Below, in pieces: positions 37,956 to 48,080 of a DNA stretch of 64,000 nucleotides. Positions within the stretch are counted from its first letter, which is position 1. Every line of letters begins with the position of its first letter. Under the pieces are notes generated by a model. The model was not told the DNA's origin. It was given only the letters and a program-made list of their open reading frames with translations, and ran no database searches. The position numbers and the translations under genes were made by a program. The DNA is taken from the NCBI GenBank assembly GCA_964472305.1, contig CAYYJR010000017.1:27975-91974 (forward strand), given 5' to 3'. Source of the DNA: an uncultured bacterium (GTDB lineage Bacteria; Armatimonadota; Hebobacteria; CAIYQO01).

Positions 37956-40775
37956 CTACTCAAACAACAGGATATCACCGTCCTCCATTGTGGGCACCAC
38001 TACCTGCACGCCGGTCGGCGTGCGGGTCCACGGCACCTCCTGGTCCAAGGCAGCCGAACGGACCTTGGTAAATTCGCCGATACCGCGGATATTCACCGTC
38101 AGATTCGCTCGCGGTTCAAAAAGCCAATCCATCAGGAAGACGGCAGACTTGCCGCTCTTATTATTGCGCACCAGCACGCCTTCTACTTTGGGGGAGGCGG
38201 CGTCAACGACGGGTTGAATCCCCGCGGCCAGTAGTGGAGCGGTGATGAAACTCCGTTTATCGCTGGAAAACACCCGCCAGTTCATCGTATCGATGCCATA
38301 TTCCAATCCCGCGTAAAAGGCGGCCAGCACCGCCGTGCCTTTGCCGTAGCGGTGCCGGATGAGCGCGGGTGTGCCGTCGCCGAATCTCGCCAGCACTTCC
38401 GTATTCGGCAGGACGGTGAGGATTTCCCGACCGACCTCCGGCTGGAAGGAGCCGGTGACAACAGACTCGGCGGTGATGCGCGCGGTTTCCGGGGGAGTCT
38501 GTGTTTTGATGATCCCCTGGAGTTTGGTGGCACCATACATCGGCACATCCGCCCACCGGACCGGCATGGGGCGCATGTCACCTTGCACGCCGAAGACCGG
38601 CAGCAGCATGGAAAGCGGGATATTGGACTCATCGCGCCGCAGGCCACCCCCGCAAGTGTAGAGCAATCCGCCCGCTTCAACCCATTGCATCAGCTTTTGC
38701 GCGACATCCCGGCGTAAATTGGAGCCGCTGACGACGATTGCCTTGTAACGGGAGAGATCTTCCGACATCAACAGGCCTTCATCGAGCGCATCGACGGGGA
38801 TGTGCGCATGCTGGAGCGCGGTGTAAACCCACTTGCCGTTCTCCCAGTTGGCCGCGTCGCCGAATATCTCCGCGGTGCGCGGGCGCACCAGCGCCACCTC
38901 CGCGGGTACCGCCCAACTCGCATCATAGGTGACCGCTTCCGCCCGCGCTAACATATGGGATACGCGACCGACTTTCTCAATTGCTTCCGGCTGCGCGGCA
39001 AAGGAATCGCCTTTATACCATTCGGGGCCATACACATACCAGTAGATCATGCGCGCGCCGCGCGCCGCCGCGGTCAGCGCGCGCTGGATGGGCGCGCCGC
39101 GGTGCGGCTTCACGTAGATGCCCAACGGTTTGCCCATGAACCGGGACACGCTGCGGCCCACGTCGCACAGGTAGCTGTCCCAGTTCCAGACCCGCGAGTC
39201 GCGGTTCGAAGTCTCGTAGACGAATCCGTTATCCGCGTAGCGGTAGAAGTCGAAGAAATCGAGGCTGCCACCGCCCATCAGGAAGGTATTGCCACGCAGC
39301 GCATAGCTGTAAACCCAGGGTTGCCGGGCAGCCGGCGAGTTCAGGTCTCCTCGCTTCAACGCCTGGCGCTTCTGCTCGTTTTCCACGGCCAGCGCTTTTT
39401 GCACCGGCTCGAAGAGTTGGGCCGATGCTTCATTGTCAAAGCGCGCCGAATAGTACCACAACAGGTCGCGGCCTGCCCCCGGCAGCGGGATATCCGGCGT
39501 TTTTTTGGGCGGCGGTGACGCAGCCGGTTTGCCATCCGGCGTGGGATTCAATTGATCGACCACCGCCGCATCCTTCCGTGCCTCCGCCGCCAGTTCTTCG
39601 GGGGTCCAGTAGCCATAAGTCGGACGGATATCGTCCCAACTCTTCGCGCCGAAATTCTGCAAGGTGCAGCCGTCTTTGCGGACGAACTCCCGGAAGGCTT
39701 CTCGACAGAACGGGCACAGACCCATGTGCGCCTTGCCACCCGGCGCGCTACCAAAGTAAGAGCCGATCTCGTCGACCGTCAGCGCCCAGATTTCTTCGTA
39801 TGGCATGGTGCGGTTTGCGTCCATCAGGCGCGCCACGGAGTCCTCGATGCGGTCGGACATCGCCTCACGATTTTTAGGATCATACGGGCATCCCTGTGCC
39901 GGATACCCGATTACGCCCGCAATAGCGATACGAGAGAATTCAGGGCCGATGCCGGTCTTTGTCCGAATCGCCTCCTGCACAAAGGGAGGAATAGCACGGA
40001 ATCCGTTCATGCCCATCGCGTGCAGCGTCCGGCATTCGGCCAGGATGGTTTGCGGATCAGTGGTGCGGATGCCGTAATTGGCACCTTCACCGTACCCCCC
40101 ACAGTCGGCGACCATCCCATAGAATTGCGGGCCCGGCTGTTTCGCCCAGGGATACTGTTCGACCACCTCGGCGCGGTGCGTGGCATAATCGCGCAGCGAA
40201 CCGAGCTCGCGGGTAAACGCCTCGGTGAGCATGCCGTCTTTGGCCAGCAGGCTCCATGGGGCATACAGGCCGAAGGTTGGGCCGTTCGGGCCGTCGATCG
40301 TGAAGGTCTTCACCAGCCGGCCGGCAAACGAAACCTCGCATTCGATCTGTGTGTCACGCAGTTTGGTGCCGTCGTTAAGGCCTTCCATGGTCAGGGTGAC
40401 GAGTGAGGTGCGCCACCGGGTGATCGCATCGGACAACGAAGCCGGCTCGGTCCAGGCGCCTGGCTGAAGATAATGATAATCGACGTGGTTGCGCCGGACG
40501 ATGACGCGATCCGCGGGCTGGGTGGCATCCGGCGTGGTGGCGGGTGCAACCGAGTCCGGGGTTTGCTGCGTCAATTCCCCGCGGGAGACACCCCCACCCA
40601 GTCCTTCACCGCCCCAGCGCCAGAAGATGCGCACGGGTTGCTCAGGGGTGAGCTTGAGCACCCGCACACGCAGCACATACCCCCGCGGCTTGTCCGCAGC
40701 ATGCGACATTACCGCCGTTGCAGCGATCAGCAGGCAACATAAGATCATTGATACGCTGGTGTAGGCGTTTTTCAT
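37956..40775 (-). CDS. Large secreted GH42-like (beta-galactosidase-fold) protein, paralog 1
   Basis: Signal peptide MKNAYTSVSMILCCLLIAATAVMSHA. Cys motif CPFCREAF. GH42-trimerisation/GATase1-like segment LSRYKAIVVSGSNLRRDVAQKLMQWVEAGGLLYT. Shares long motifs with 42476..45562. Confidence 0.65.
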   Translation of the reverse strand: MKNAYTSVSMILCCLLIAATAVMSHAADKPRGYVLRVRVLKLTPEQPVRIFWRWGGEGLGGGVSRGELTQQTPDSVAPATTPDATQPADRVIVRRNHVDYHYLQPGAWTEPASLSDAITRWRTSLVTLTMEGLNDGTKLRDTQIECEVSFAGRLVKTFTIDGPNGPTFGLYAPWSLLAKDGMLTEAFTRELGSLRDYATHRAEVVEQYPWAKQPGPQFYGMVADCGGYGEGANYGIRTTDPQTILAECRTLHAMGMNGFRAIPPFVQEAIRTKTGIGPEFSRIAIAGVIGYPAQGCPYDPKNREAMSDRIEDSVARLMDANRTMPYEEIWALTVDEIGSYFGSAPGGKAHMGLCPFCREAFREFVRKDGCTLQNFGAKSWDDIRPTYGYWTPEELAAEARKDAAVVDQLNPTPDGKPAASPPPKKTPDIPLPGAGRDLLWYYSARFDNEASAQLFEPVQKALAVENEQKRQALKRGDLNSPAARQPWVYSYALRGNTFLMGGGSLDFFDFYRYADNGFVYETSNRDSRVWNWDSYLCDVGRSVSRFMGKPLGIYVKPHRGAPIQRALTAAARGARMIYWYVYGPEWYKGDSFAAQPEAIEKVGRVSHMLARAEAVTYDASWAVPAEVALVRPRTAEIFGDAANWENGKWVYTALQHAHIPVDALDEGLLMSEDLSRYKAIVVSGSNLRRDVAQKLMQWVEAGGLLYTCGGGLRRDESNIPLSMLLPVFGVQGDMRPMPVRWADVPMYGATKLQGIIKTQTPPETARITAESVVTGSFQPEVGREILTVLPNTEVLARFGDGTPALIRHRYGKGTAVLAAFYAGLEYGIDTMNWRVFSSDKRSFITAPLLAAGIQPVVDAASPKVEGVLVRNNKSGKSAVFLMDWLFEPRANLTVNIRGIGEFTKVRSAALDQEVPWTRTPTGVQVVVPTMEDGDILLFE

Positions 40776-41483
40776 GTACCCCCCCCCCGTTGATATGCGT
40801 TTTTCTGCTCGCTGCAGTTGGACGATGATGCTGTTGGTCATGCTGCCATACTGTTTAATCGGCATGCCTTCACCGGCGGCATCGCTGTCACCAGCAGGAT
40901 GGCGACCAGCATCCCCCATCCCGAATGGATTCGCCGCTATTGCAGTTGCATCACCCCTTCGAAGATTTGCCACCCGGATTTCGACGTGCCAGATCGCTCC
41001 AGGTGATTGCCATACCGCTGACTGAATGCCCGGCCGTCGCCGTTATGGCAGGCGTGTATAGACTTCGGTGTAGCCTGCGTACGCAGTAACAACCTGACGA
41101 AGGTAACCATCATGACCGAAACCATGCACGCGAGGAACATGCCGACGGCTAATGGCAGCAAGCCGTTGCGCACAGCCCCCGCACCGGCAACTCGAAAGAC
41201 GACCGAACGGATGATCCATGCCACGAAGCATGGCGAGCAGACATAGATGGCAAAGAGCTGGTCGCGAGCCGTAACCGATGGGGAGAAGCGGGAACCAGGA
41301 CAGCAAACTGCGGAGCGGTGCCATTAATGCCTGTGCGGATCGTCTGAGCTGGTCCGCCGTTATAAACATTGACCTGCATACCTCGCTGAAGATCACCCAC
41401 AGGGTAGCAGAAAACCGGCGACATCAGCGTGTCATACGGATGCTGCCGGAACCAGACTCGACGTGTCAGGCGATGGTAGCGCA

Positions 41484-41527
41484 TTACCATGCCAGCACAA
41501 GCTGTATTATAATCTGATCCGCATCAG
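41484..41527 (+). promoter_or_regulatory. Promoter-operator cassette (site a): TTACCA-N18-TATAAT then CTGATCCGCATCAG
   Basis: Same -10/operator fusion as sites b and f. Operator at 41514..41527. No plus-strand gene lies downstream; it reads antisense into the PIG-L gene. Confidence 0.5.
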
Positions 41528-41603
41528 TATGGTATCAACCACCTCCGGGCTTGTCAATAGCGTGCACAGGATACCCTGCGGTATCTACCTGGCAAAATTC
41601 GCG

Positions 41604-42455
41604 TTAGGAGCGATACAGACGCCGGTCCTCCGGCAGAGCTTGCACGAAATCGGGTGGACCAGCCCAGGGATTGGCCGAAGCTCCGCTTGCCTGCCGGAAC
41701 GGTTCGGCATATTCGACCCCGATCAACTGTCCGTATGCCCGTGCCCGGTCGGCGGCAAAGGTGCCGACCAGTCCCGACGGGAACTGGCTCCGATAGCAAT
41801 CGATCGCCGCCTGTTTGCTGGCGATATCATCCCCGGTCAGTTCTACGAAGCAGTTAGGCGCGAATCCGGCGATCGGTCCCCAACTGCCCGGCTCCCAGAA
41901 ATACAGGTCGATCGCCTCACCACGGGCCTGGCGCTCACTGATGACCAACTCGATGAAACGCGCAACCGCGTAATGATCGGGATGACGGTCGTCGGGTGAA
42001 TGCGTGAACACCACGCGTGGCATCCATTCATCCAGCAAGCGCGTGAGCCGATCACGGCAGACCGGAAAGCGATCTGCGTTGGCCACCGGCGGCAATCCAC
42101 GAAAGATGGCGGGGCTCATCTCCTCCAGCAAAGCCAGATAGCTGTCGAATGCCGGATAAATGCGTCCCTTGGGTTCCGGCGTGCTGAAGTAATAACTCTT
42201 GAATCCCAGCCACTCCACGCGGGCAGCCCCGATACGGGTCGACGCCTGTGTCGTCTCATGGTGCTGCGTCGCAAGCGCCTCCGCGGAGTTCGCCACTGAA
42301 AAGTGCGCCCCCGTGTAATCGTTTTGCGCCATAACGACCCAGCAGCCGCGCTTGCCTTCCCGCGTCAGGCGGGCGAAGGTGCCGGCGCAACGCAGGTCGA
42401 TGTCGTCGCAATGGGCACCGATCGCCATGAAAGTCTGGATATCCGCGAATGGCAT
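41604..42455 (-). CDS. PIG-L/LmbE family N-acetylglucosaminyl deacetylase
   Basis: AIGAHCDDIDLRCAGT (AHPDD-like), HSPDDRHPDHYAV (HPDH). 283 aa. SD GGAGGAG. Confidence 0.8.
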   Translation of the reverse strand: MPFADIQTFMAIGAHCDDIDLRCAGTFARLTREGKRGCWVVMAQNDYTGAHFSVANSAEALATQHHETTQASTRIGAARVEWLGFKSYYFSTPEPKGRIYPAFDSYLALLEEMSPAIFRGLPPVANADRFPVCRDRLTRLLDEWMPRVVFTHSPDDRHPDHYAVARFIELVISERQARGEAIDLYFWEPGSWGPIAGFAPNCFVELTGDDIASKQAAIDCYRSQFPSGLVGTFAADRARAYGQLIGVEYAEPFRQASGASANPWAGPPDFVQALPEDRRLYRS

Positions 42456-42475
42456 AGGCTCCTCCGGACGTCCTA

Positions 42476-45400
42476 TCAGTGAATCAGCAGGACATCGCCG
42501 TCATCGAGCTTCTTTAGCGTCACGATAACGTCTGCGCCATCGCGCATCACCGGCAACACGGTGTCCAGCGCCACGGATGTGACCTGCGTAACCTGTCCGG
42601 AATCGCGCAGGCGGATAGTCACATTCGTCTGCGGTACCAGCGCGCCGCCTTGATACGCCCAATTCATCAGCGTCACCGCCTGGCGCCCGGTCTCCCTATT
42701 CTGTAACCGGATACCTTCAATCAGCGGGTGTGAGGCATCGACCACCGGATACACCCCGGCTGCCTGCAGCGGGTTGGTCACGAATCGGCGTTTCTCCGCC
42801 TGGTAATCGGTGGCCATGTTATACGTGCCCTTCATGTTATCTACCGCATACTCAAGTCCTGCGTAGAAACCGACAACGTAGACGGCACCTTTGCCATGCG
42901 GGTGGCGCGTCACCGCCGCCCCACCGTCGGGATAGCGGGCCAGCACCTCGGTGCCAGGCGCCGGGTCCAGCACCTCGCGCCCAAACACCAGCGGCACCTT
43001 CTCGCCCGTCACCCCCGACGGTGCCATCCAGGTGACTGCCGCGGTATTGGCCGGCGAATCCTTCACCTTCCGCGGCCCACCCAGGCCGACGGCACCGTAG
43101 CGCCCGCTGTCGGCCCACACATCCACCGTGCCGCGACTCTTCAATCCGAACACCGGCAGCAGCGCAGTGAGCGGTTCAGCGGCTTCATCACGGGCCAGGC
43201 CGCCGCCATTCGTATACAGGATACCGCCCGCCGCCACCCATTGTGCCAGACGCGCCGCGACGTCCCGTCTGAGGTGAGAGCCGCTGAGGTAGATCACTTT
43301 GTAGCGTGACAGATTTTCGCTCATCAGAAAGCCTTCGTCCAGCGGATCGACCGGGATGTGTGCATGCTGGAGGGCGGTATAGATCCATTTCCCATTCTCC
43401 CAGGAATCGTTGTTTTCATAATACTCCGACGTCAGGGGGCGCACCACCGCGACTTCGGCCGGCCGTGCCCAGTCGGCATCGTAGATGACATCTTCCGCGG
43501 CCCCGATAAGCCGTGCCGCCCGGCTGCAACTCTTCAGCACGTCTAGATTGCCGCCAAAGCTGTCACCCTTATACCATTCCGGCCCGTAGGTATACCAGTA
43601 GATCAGTGTGCAACGGCGACTGACCGCCGCCAACGCGCGTTGCACGGGAGCGCCGCGATGCGGCTTGACGTAAATGCCAAAGCGGTGGCCAAGTTTCGCG
43701 TTCAGGATGCGGCCTACGTCGCACAGGTAACTGTCCCACTGCCAGATGCGCGGATCGCGATTGGACGTTTCATACATGAATCCGTTATCGGCATGACGAT
43801 AGAAATCGAAGAAGTCCAGGCTGTGTCCACCCAACAGAAAGGTGTTGCCACGTAACGCATACATGTAGAGCCAGGGGTGTTGCGCTTCCGGCGCATCGAG
43901 GCGTCCCTCGACCAGTGCCCGGCGCTTCTTCTCGTTTTCCCGATTAAGGGCATCGCGCGTGTTGCAGTATCGTTGCGCCGTCACCTCGTTATTGAAACGG
44001 CGCGAGTAATAATATAGCAGGTTCCAGCCGCGTTCGGAGAGCCGGTGTCGGGATTTCGTCGGTTCCACGGATTTGGTGGGCGATGTGACTGGCTGAGTCG
44101 TGTCGTTTTCGGCTTCCTTATCGGTCTGATCGATCGCCGTGATCTCCGGATCGAGCGGGAGCATTGTACCGCCTTCCACCGGCATCACCCCGTTTTTCAG
44201 CATCTCGGGATCGAGCGACTGCTCATACGCTTCCCAGGCGTCTGTTCTCTCCTGCTGCTGCTGGCTCCAGGTTTTCGCAAAGTAGCCGTAGGTGCAGCGG
44301 ATGTCATCCCAACTCGGCGCGCCGAAGTCGTCCAGTGTCAGGCCGAAACTTTTCACATAGTCCTGGAAGGCTTTCCGGCAGTAGGGGCAGCAGCCCATAT
44401 GTTCCTTGCCTTCCGGCGCGCCATCAAACACCGAGCCGATCTCATCCGCGGTGAGCGCCCAGATCTCGTCCACCCCCTCTGACCGAACCTTCTGTATGAA
44501 TTGGTCAACTTCGGCCTGGGCTGCCGCCGCACGCTGCTCGACCGGGAAATAAGTCGGACACCCACCGCCCGGTGGCACAGTTAAAATTTTACGGGTGAGC
44601 GGTTCGCGCTGCAGCGGGACGATGGGATAGCCTCCCAGGCCGCCGGTCAGTGATGCACGGTTGAATTGCAAACCAAGCCCTTCCCGCTGGTTAACCAGGT
44701 CATTGATGAAGCTGGGGATGGCCCGAAAACCGTTACAACCGATCTGCCGCAAAATTTGCGCTTCCGCAAGCATCGTGTCCCGGCTCGTTGTACGTATCCC
44801 ATACCCACTACCGACGCCATAACCGCCACAGTCCGTGACGAAGGCAAATTTCTTCGGCAAGGGTTGATGAGCCCAGGGCACCTGCGCCAATACATCGACT
44901 TTGCGCTGGGCATATTGTTGCAATCCGCCCAGCGCATTAATAAAGTATTCCGACGGACTGCCGTCTTTATTCAATCCCCACATCGGTATCACGATGCCGA
45001 TGGTCGGGCCATCCGTGCCAGCCTCGGTGAATCGTTTGATGACAGTGCCCGCATAACTGAATTCAAATTCAACCAGCAGGTTGCGGAGGGGTTGCGGCGC
45101 CGTTGTCGGCTTGATGGGTTTCCCGTCAATCATCACCGTAAGGAAGAGAAAACGGCTATTCTTGAACGTGGAAATCGGCACCACGGGCGACCAGGCTCCC
45201 GGTGTCAACCAGTAGTAATCGAGGAGTCTAGCTTTATCATGTTCAATCATCACGCCGGGATCCGGGGGGGGCGCATCATCGCGTAACATATCGTCTCCCA
45301 GCGAATCTTCCGGGACATCAGGCTCCTGCACTGGCACCGCGGTGAGTTCACCGCGCACCGGATTGCCGCCCATCCCTTCACCACCCCAGCGCCAAAAAAT

Positions 45401-45562
45401 GCGTACCTGGTAGTTGGCGGGGGTCATCTGCACCACTCGTGCGCGCATGGTGACTTGCGCGCCGGTGGCGGTCGCCGGCAGACCGCTGGTGAATCCGAGC
45501 AGTAGCACGGCGATCCCGCACCAGATCAGTTTTAGCCTGCTCAAGAGTAGCTGCATGCGCAT
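42476..45562 (-). CDS. Large secreted GH42-like protein, paralog 2
   Basis: Signal or TM segment LIWCGIAVLLLGFTSGLPATATG. Motifs shared with paralog 1: VRIFWRWGGEGMGG, CPYCRKAF, WYTYGPEWYKGDSF, ALQHAHIPVDPLDEGFLMSENLSRYK. Confidence 0.65.
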   Translation of the reverse strand: MRMQLLLSRLKLIWCGIAVLLLGFTSGLPATATGAQVTMRARVVQMTPANYQVRIFWRWGGEGMGGNPVRGELTAVPVQEPDVPEDSLGDDMLRDDAPPPDPGVMIEHDKARLLDYYWLTPGAWSPVVPISTFKNSRFLFLTVMIDGKPIKPTTAPQPLRNLLVEFEFSYAGTVIKRFTEAGTDGPTIGIVIPMWGLNKDGSPSEYFINALGGLQQYAQRKVDVLAQVPWAHQPLPKKFAFVTDCGGYGVGSGYGIRTTSRDTMLAEAQILRQIGCNGFRAIPSFINDLVNQREGLGLQFNRASLTGGLGGYPIVPLQREPLTRKILTVPPGGGCPTYFPVEQRAAAAQAEVDQFIQKVRSEGVDEIWALTADEIGSVFDGAPEGKEHMGCCPYCRKAFQDYVKSFGLTLDDFGAPSWDDIRCTYGYFAKTWSQQQQERTDAWEAYEQSLDPEMLKNGVMPVEGGTMLPLDPEITAIDQTDKEAENDTTQPVTSPTKSVEPTKSRHRLSERGWNLLYYYSRRFNNEVTAQRYCNTRDALNRENEKKRRALVEGRLDAPEAQHPWLYMYALRGNTFLLGGHSLDFFDFYRHADNGFMYETSNRDPRIWQWDSYLCDVGRILNAKLGHRFGIYVKPHRGAPVQRALAAVSRRCTLIYWYTYGPEWYKGDSFGGNLDVLKSCSRAARLIGAAEDVIYDADWARPAEVAVVRPLTSEYYENNDSWENGKWIYTALQHAHIPVDPLDEGFLMSENLSRYKVIYLSGSHLRRDVAARLAQWVAAGGILYTNGGGLARDEAAEPLTALLPVFGLKSRGTVDVWADSGRYGAVGLGGPRKVKDSPANTAAVTWMAPSGVTGEKVPLVFGREVLDPAPGTEVLARYPDGGAAVTRHPHGKGAVYVVGFYAGLEYAVDNMKGTYNMATDYQAEKRRFVTNPLQAAGVYPVVDASHPLIEGIRLQNRETGRQAVTLMNWAYQGGALVPQTNVTIRLRDSGQVTQVTSVALDTVLPVMRDGADVIVTLKKLDDGDVLLIH

Positions 45563-45602
45563 TTCGATCTCTCCAGAACTGCCACCAAACGCACCGGCAT
45601 TA

Positions 45603-48026
45603 TCAAGCGGTGCCGTTCACTGTTTCGTCTTGCGGGACGCTTGCCGGCACCGGCATCGCTGCCAGAGCATACGAATAGAGATGCATCAACTCACCGAGAG
45701 AACAAACGATTTTCGCCCGCTGGGTGCTGTTCAACGCCAGATGGCGCGGTACGTCGAGGGGACCATCACCACCGATCTCCTCCAACTCCGCCCAGGGAAC
45801 CGTGTAAGCGAGTACTCTGGCGACTGCCTCGCGGTAGCACGGCATGCCTGTCCAACGCCAGGTGCAGGCGGCGAATGGGAGTGCGCCAAACAGATCTGGC
45901 GGATGCGGCGATGTTGGCGGCTCTCCCAGCAGGCTCAGGCACAGGTCGACATGCCGCTGGATCGCCTGTTTCAAAGGAGTATCATCCAGCAACTCGGCCA
46001 CCTCGACCATAGTCTGCTGCGCGCCGAACAGGTAGAAGAAGAAATACAGTCCTTCCATCGTCTGGTCATCCAGGATGGGTTCCCCTTCGCCGGTGGCGAT
46101 ATTGATGTGCACCGACCGCACGATATGCCCGTCCTCGCGCACGCCCCGCGCGAAGACATCGGCCATATTGCGCAGCACCCGAAGATCCTCCACATCCCCC
46201 GTCAACTCGTATTTCACCATCACGCCGGTGAAGGACGAACTCATTGAGGGCGCGGTGCCGTTGGTACGGTCATAACTCTGATAGACGTCCACCGTATTCA
46301 TGATGACTTCGCGCGTCCACGGGTCGCCGGTCAGATAATACTGTAAGCGCTTCACCAGCGGCATGCTGACGCGCCATTCCTTGTCGCGGCATCCCCAGTG
46401 GTTGACGTTGTGGCGTGTGCCGCAGCCGCGGAAGTTGCCGCGATGATACATATCAATATCCCGATTATGCCGCGTCATCTCGATGCAGGCATTCACCCAG
46501 TCGGTCCGTCCATGCCGCAACGCCATCAGCCACAATCCCCAGTCGGGCAGGCATTCGGTGTTCAGCCAGGCGTAGCCGCCGTGATCGAATCCCCAGCGGT
46601 CCCATTCCCGGTAATAGGACATCTGCAGATCGCCGAAGTGCATCAATCCATACCAGCCGCGCACCTCGCGCTCGTGAATGAGGAAGTCGGCCAGCCGGCA
46701 CAACAGCGCCTCCTGTGCCGTTTCCGTCGGGGCGCCGATGGGACCCAGCGCCTTGCTGGCAACCAGGTGCGCCGGTGCGGTGATGCACCGCGCCGGGTGA
46801 GCGAAGGCCTGTCCAACTTCCGCCGCGCGGGTGTCGCCGGCGGGGTGGAAATAGAGCATCAGTTCACTGGTCTTGGCGATGCCGGTCGCCCCTTTCGCCT
46901 GCGCCTCGAAAGTCATGCCGGATTCACCGTATTCATACATGGCGCTGCCATAGACGATCGGCGAGTAGCGGCGCAGGTCGAGTGGTTCCGCCTCGGGCGG
47001 GATGAGGCCGAAGGTCAGGTTGCCTGTGTCGGTGTCCAGCGATAACGCGCGCGGGTACTCCTGCCAGAAATACCGCATGCCGGCAGTCAGGCCACCTTGA
47101 TCCGTGCCCAGGTGGCACCACCCCGTGGCGCGCTGCCCCTCCCTGGCTTTCGTCCAGGACGCCGCGTCGCACGTGCGTTTCTCGGTGCGGTAAAACGTAG
47201 AGCCCAATTGCACCTGGCGGGCCTGCGGCCAGCACGGCCCACCCTCATACGGCAGCACCACATCCCAGTACCCCGGTCCACGATCGTTGGCAAATCCATA
47301 GCGGGCGCCTTCGCCATGGAAGGTGCCATGCGCGGTGAGGGTGAGCTCGGTCACCAGGTCATGATCAGGATCACCCAGGTAGATGAAGACCGGCTCGATG
47401 CCGATGCGGCGAGATTCCCGCAGCACTTCGATGAAGACCACCAATTCGGCAACAAGCCGGTCGCCTTCGACGAAACGGCCGGGCAAGCGGAGCACGGCGC
47501 GGTTGGAGGAGAGCGTGACTACCTGCACCTGCGCGGGATCGAAGGTCCACGCCACCGCCGGACGCGCCGGTCCGCCGGGTTCGGTGAGGCGCAGGATCGC
47601 CGTCAGGCCCGGACCATGCAACAACGAGTCCGTGCCGTCTCGGACATCGAGCACGCGGTCGGGGTTCGCCATCACCTGCACGGTCAACGCACCGCCGGTG
47701 ATCGTCACGCTGCCGTGGTCTCTCGCCGCCTGCAGACCGGATGCCGGCTCCATGGGGGTGGGAGCGAGCAGCAGATCATTCCGCCGGCCGCCGGCAAGGT
47801 TCACCGTCCCGCACAGGTGCAGCCATTTCACCGAACCGTCGGGCCAGTAGGCAGCAGGCACGCCTTCCCAGAGCGCGCTTCCCCCCGTTTCGTCCAGCAC
47901 GGTGAACCAACCGCGCGCATGGATCGCGCCGCGAGGCAGCGGCATGCCGCCCACCACCGGCTCAGCCGCGCGATCAATCCCGCTGGTCTCCTCGATCCAG
48001 AAACGGATCGGTGAAAATGCACTCAT
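45603..48026 (-). CDS. Conserved hypothetical 807-aa protein (beta-sandwich N-terminus plus helical toroid; possibly a YetA-like polysaccharide lyase or hydrolase)
   Basis: WPDGSVKWLHLCG, RYFWQEYPRAL, GWYGLMHFGDLQMSY, NTECLPDWGLWLMALRHG. First gene of an operon with 42476..45562 and PIG-L. The function call is tentative. Confidence 0.5.
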   Translation of the reverse strand: MSAFSPIRFWIEETSGIDRAAEPVVGGMPLPRGAIHARGWFTVLDETGGSALWEGVPAAYWPDGSVKWLHLCGTVNLAGGRRNDLLLAPTPMEPASGLQAARDHGSVTITGGALTVQVMANPDRVLDVRDGTDSLLHGPGLTAILRLTEPGGPARPAVAWTFDPAQVQVVTLSSNRAVLRLPGRFVEGDRLVAELVVFIEVLRESRRIGIEPVFIYLGDPDHDLVTELTLTAHGTFHGEGARYGFANDRGPGYWDVVLPYEGGPCWPQARQVQLGSTFYRTEKRTCDAASWTKAREGQRATGWCHLGTDQGGLTAGMRYFWQEYPRALSLDTDTGNLTFGLIPPEAEPLDLRRYSPIVYGSAMYEYGESGMTFEAQAKGATGIAKTSELMLYFHPAGDTRAAEVGQAFAHPARCITAPAHLVASKALGPIGAPTETAQEALLCRLADFLIHEREVRGWYGLMHFGDLQMSYYREWDRWGFDHGGYAWLNTECLPDWGLWLMALRHGRTDWVNACIEMTRHNRDIDMYHRGNFRGCGTRHNVNHWGCRDKEWRVSMPLVKRLQYYLTGDPWTREVIMNTVDVYQSYDRTNGTAPSMSSSFTGVMVKYELTGDVEDLRVLRNMADVFARGVREDGHIVRSVHINIATGEGEPILDDQTMEGLYFFFYLFGAQQTMVEVAELLDDTPLKQAIQRHVDLCLSLLGEPPTSPHPPDLFGALPFAACTWRWTGMPCYREAVARVLAYTVPWAELEEIGGDGPLDVPRHLALNSTQRAKIVCSLGELMHLYSYALAAMPVPASVPQDETVNGTA

Positions 48027-48080
48027 CTGTCACCCTCTGGTCCAGCTTTGCCATACCCGACGTCCGATTCCGGCGCTTGT

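Noticed and set aside
41463-41999. Plus-strand 178-aa ORF downstream of promoter-operator site a, as a possible target gene.
   Set aside because: It is antisense to the well-supported PIG-L gene, has no SD, and has a composition typical of shadow frames. The cassette is therefore reported as an orphan or antisense promoter instead.
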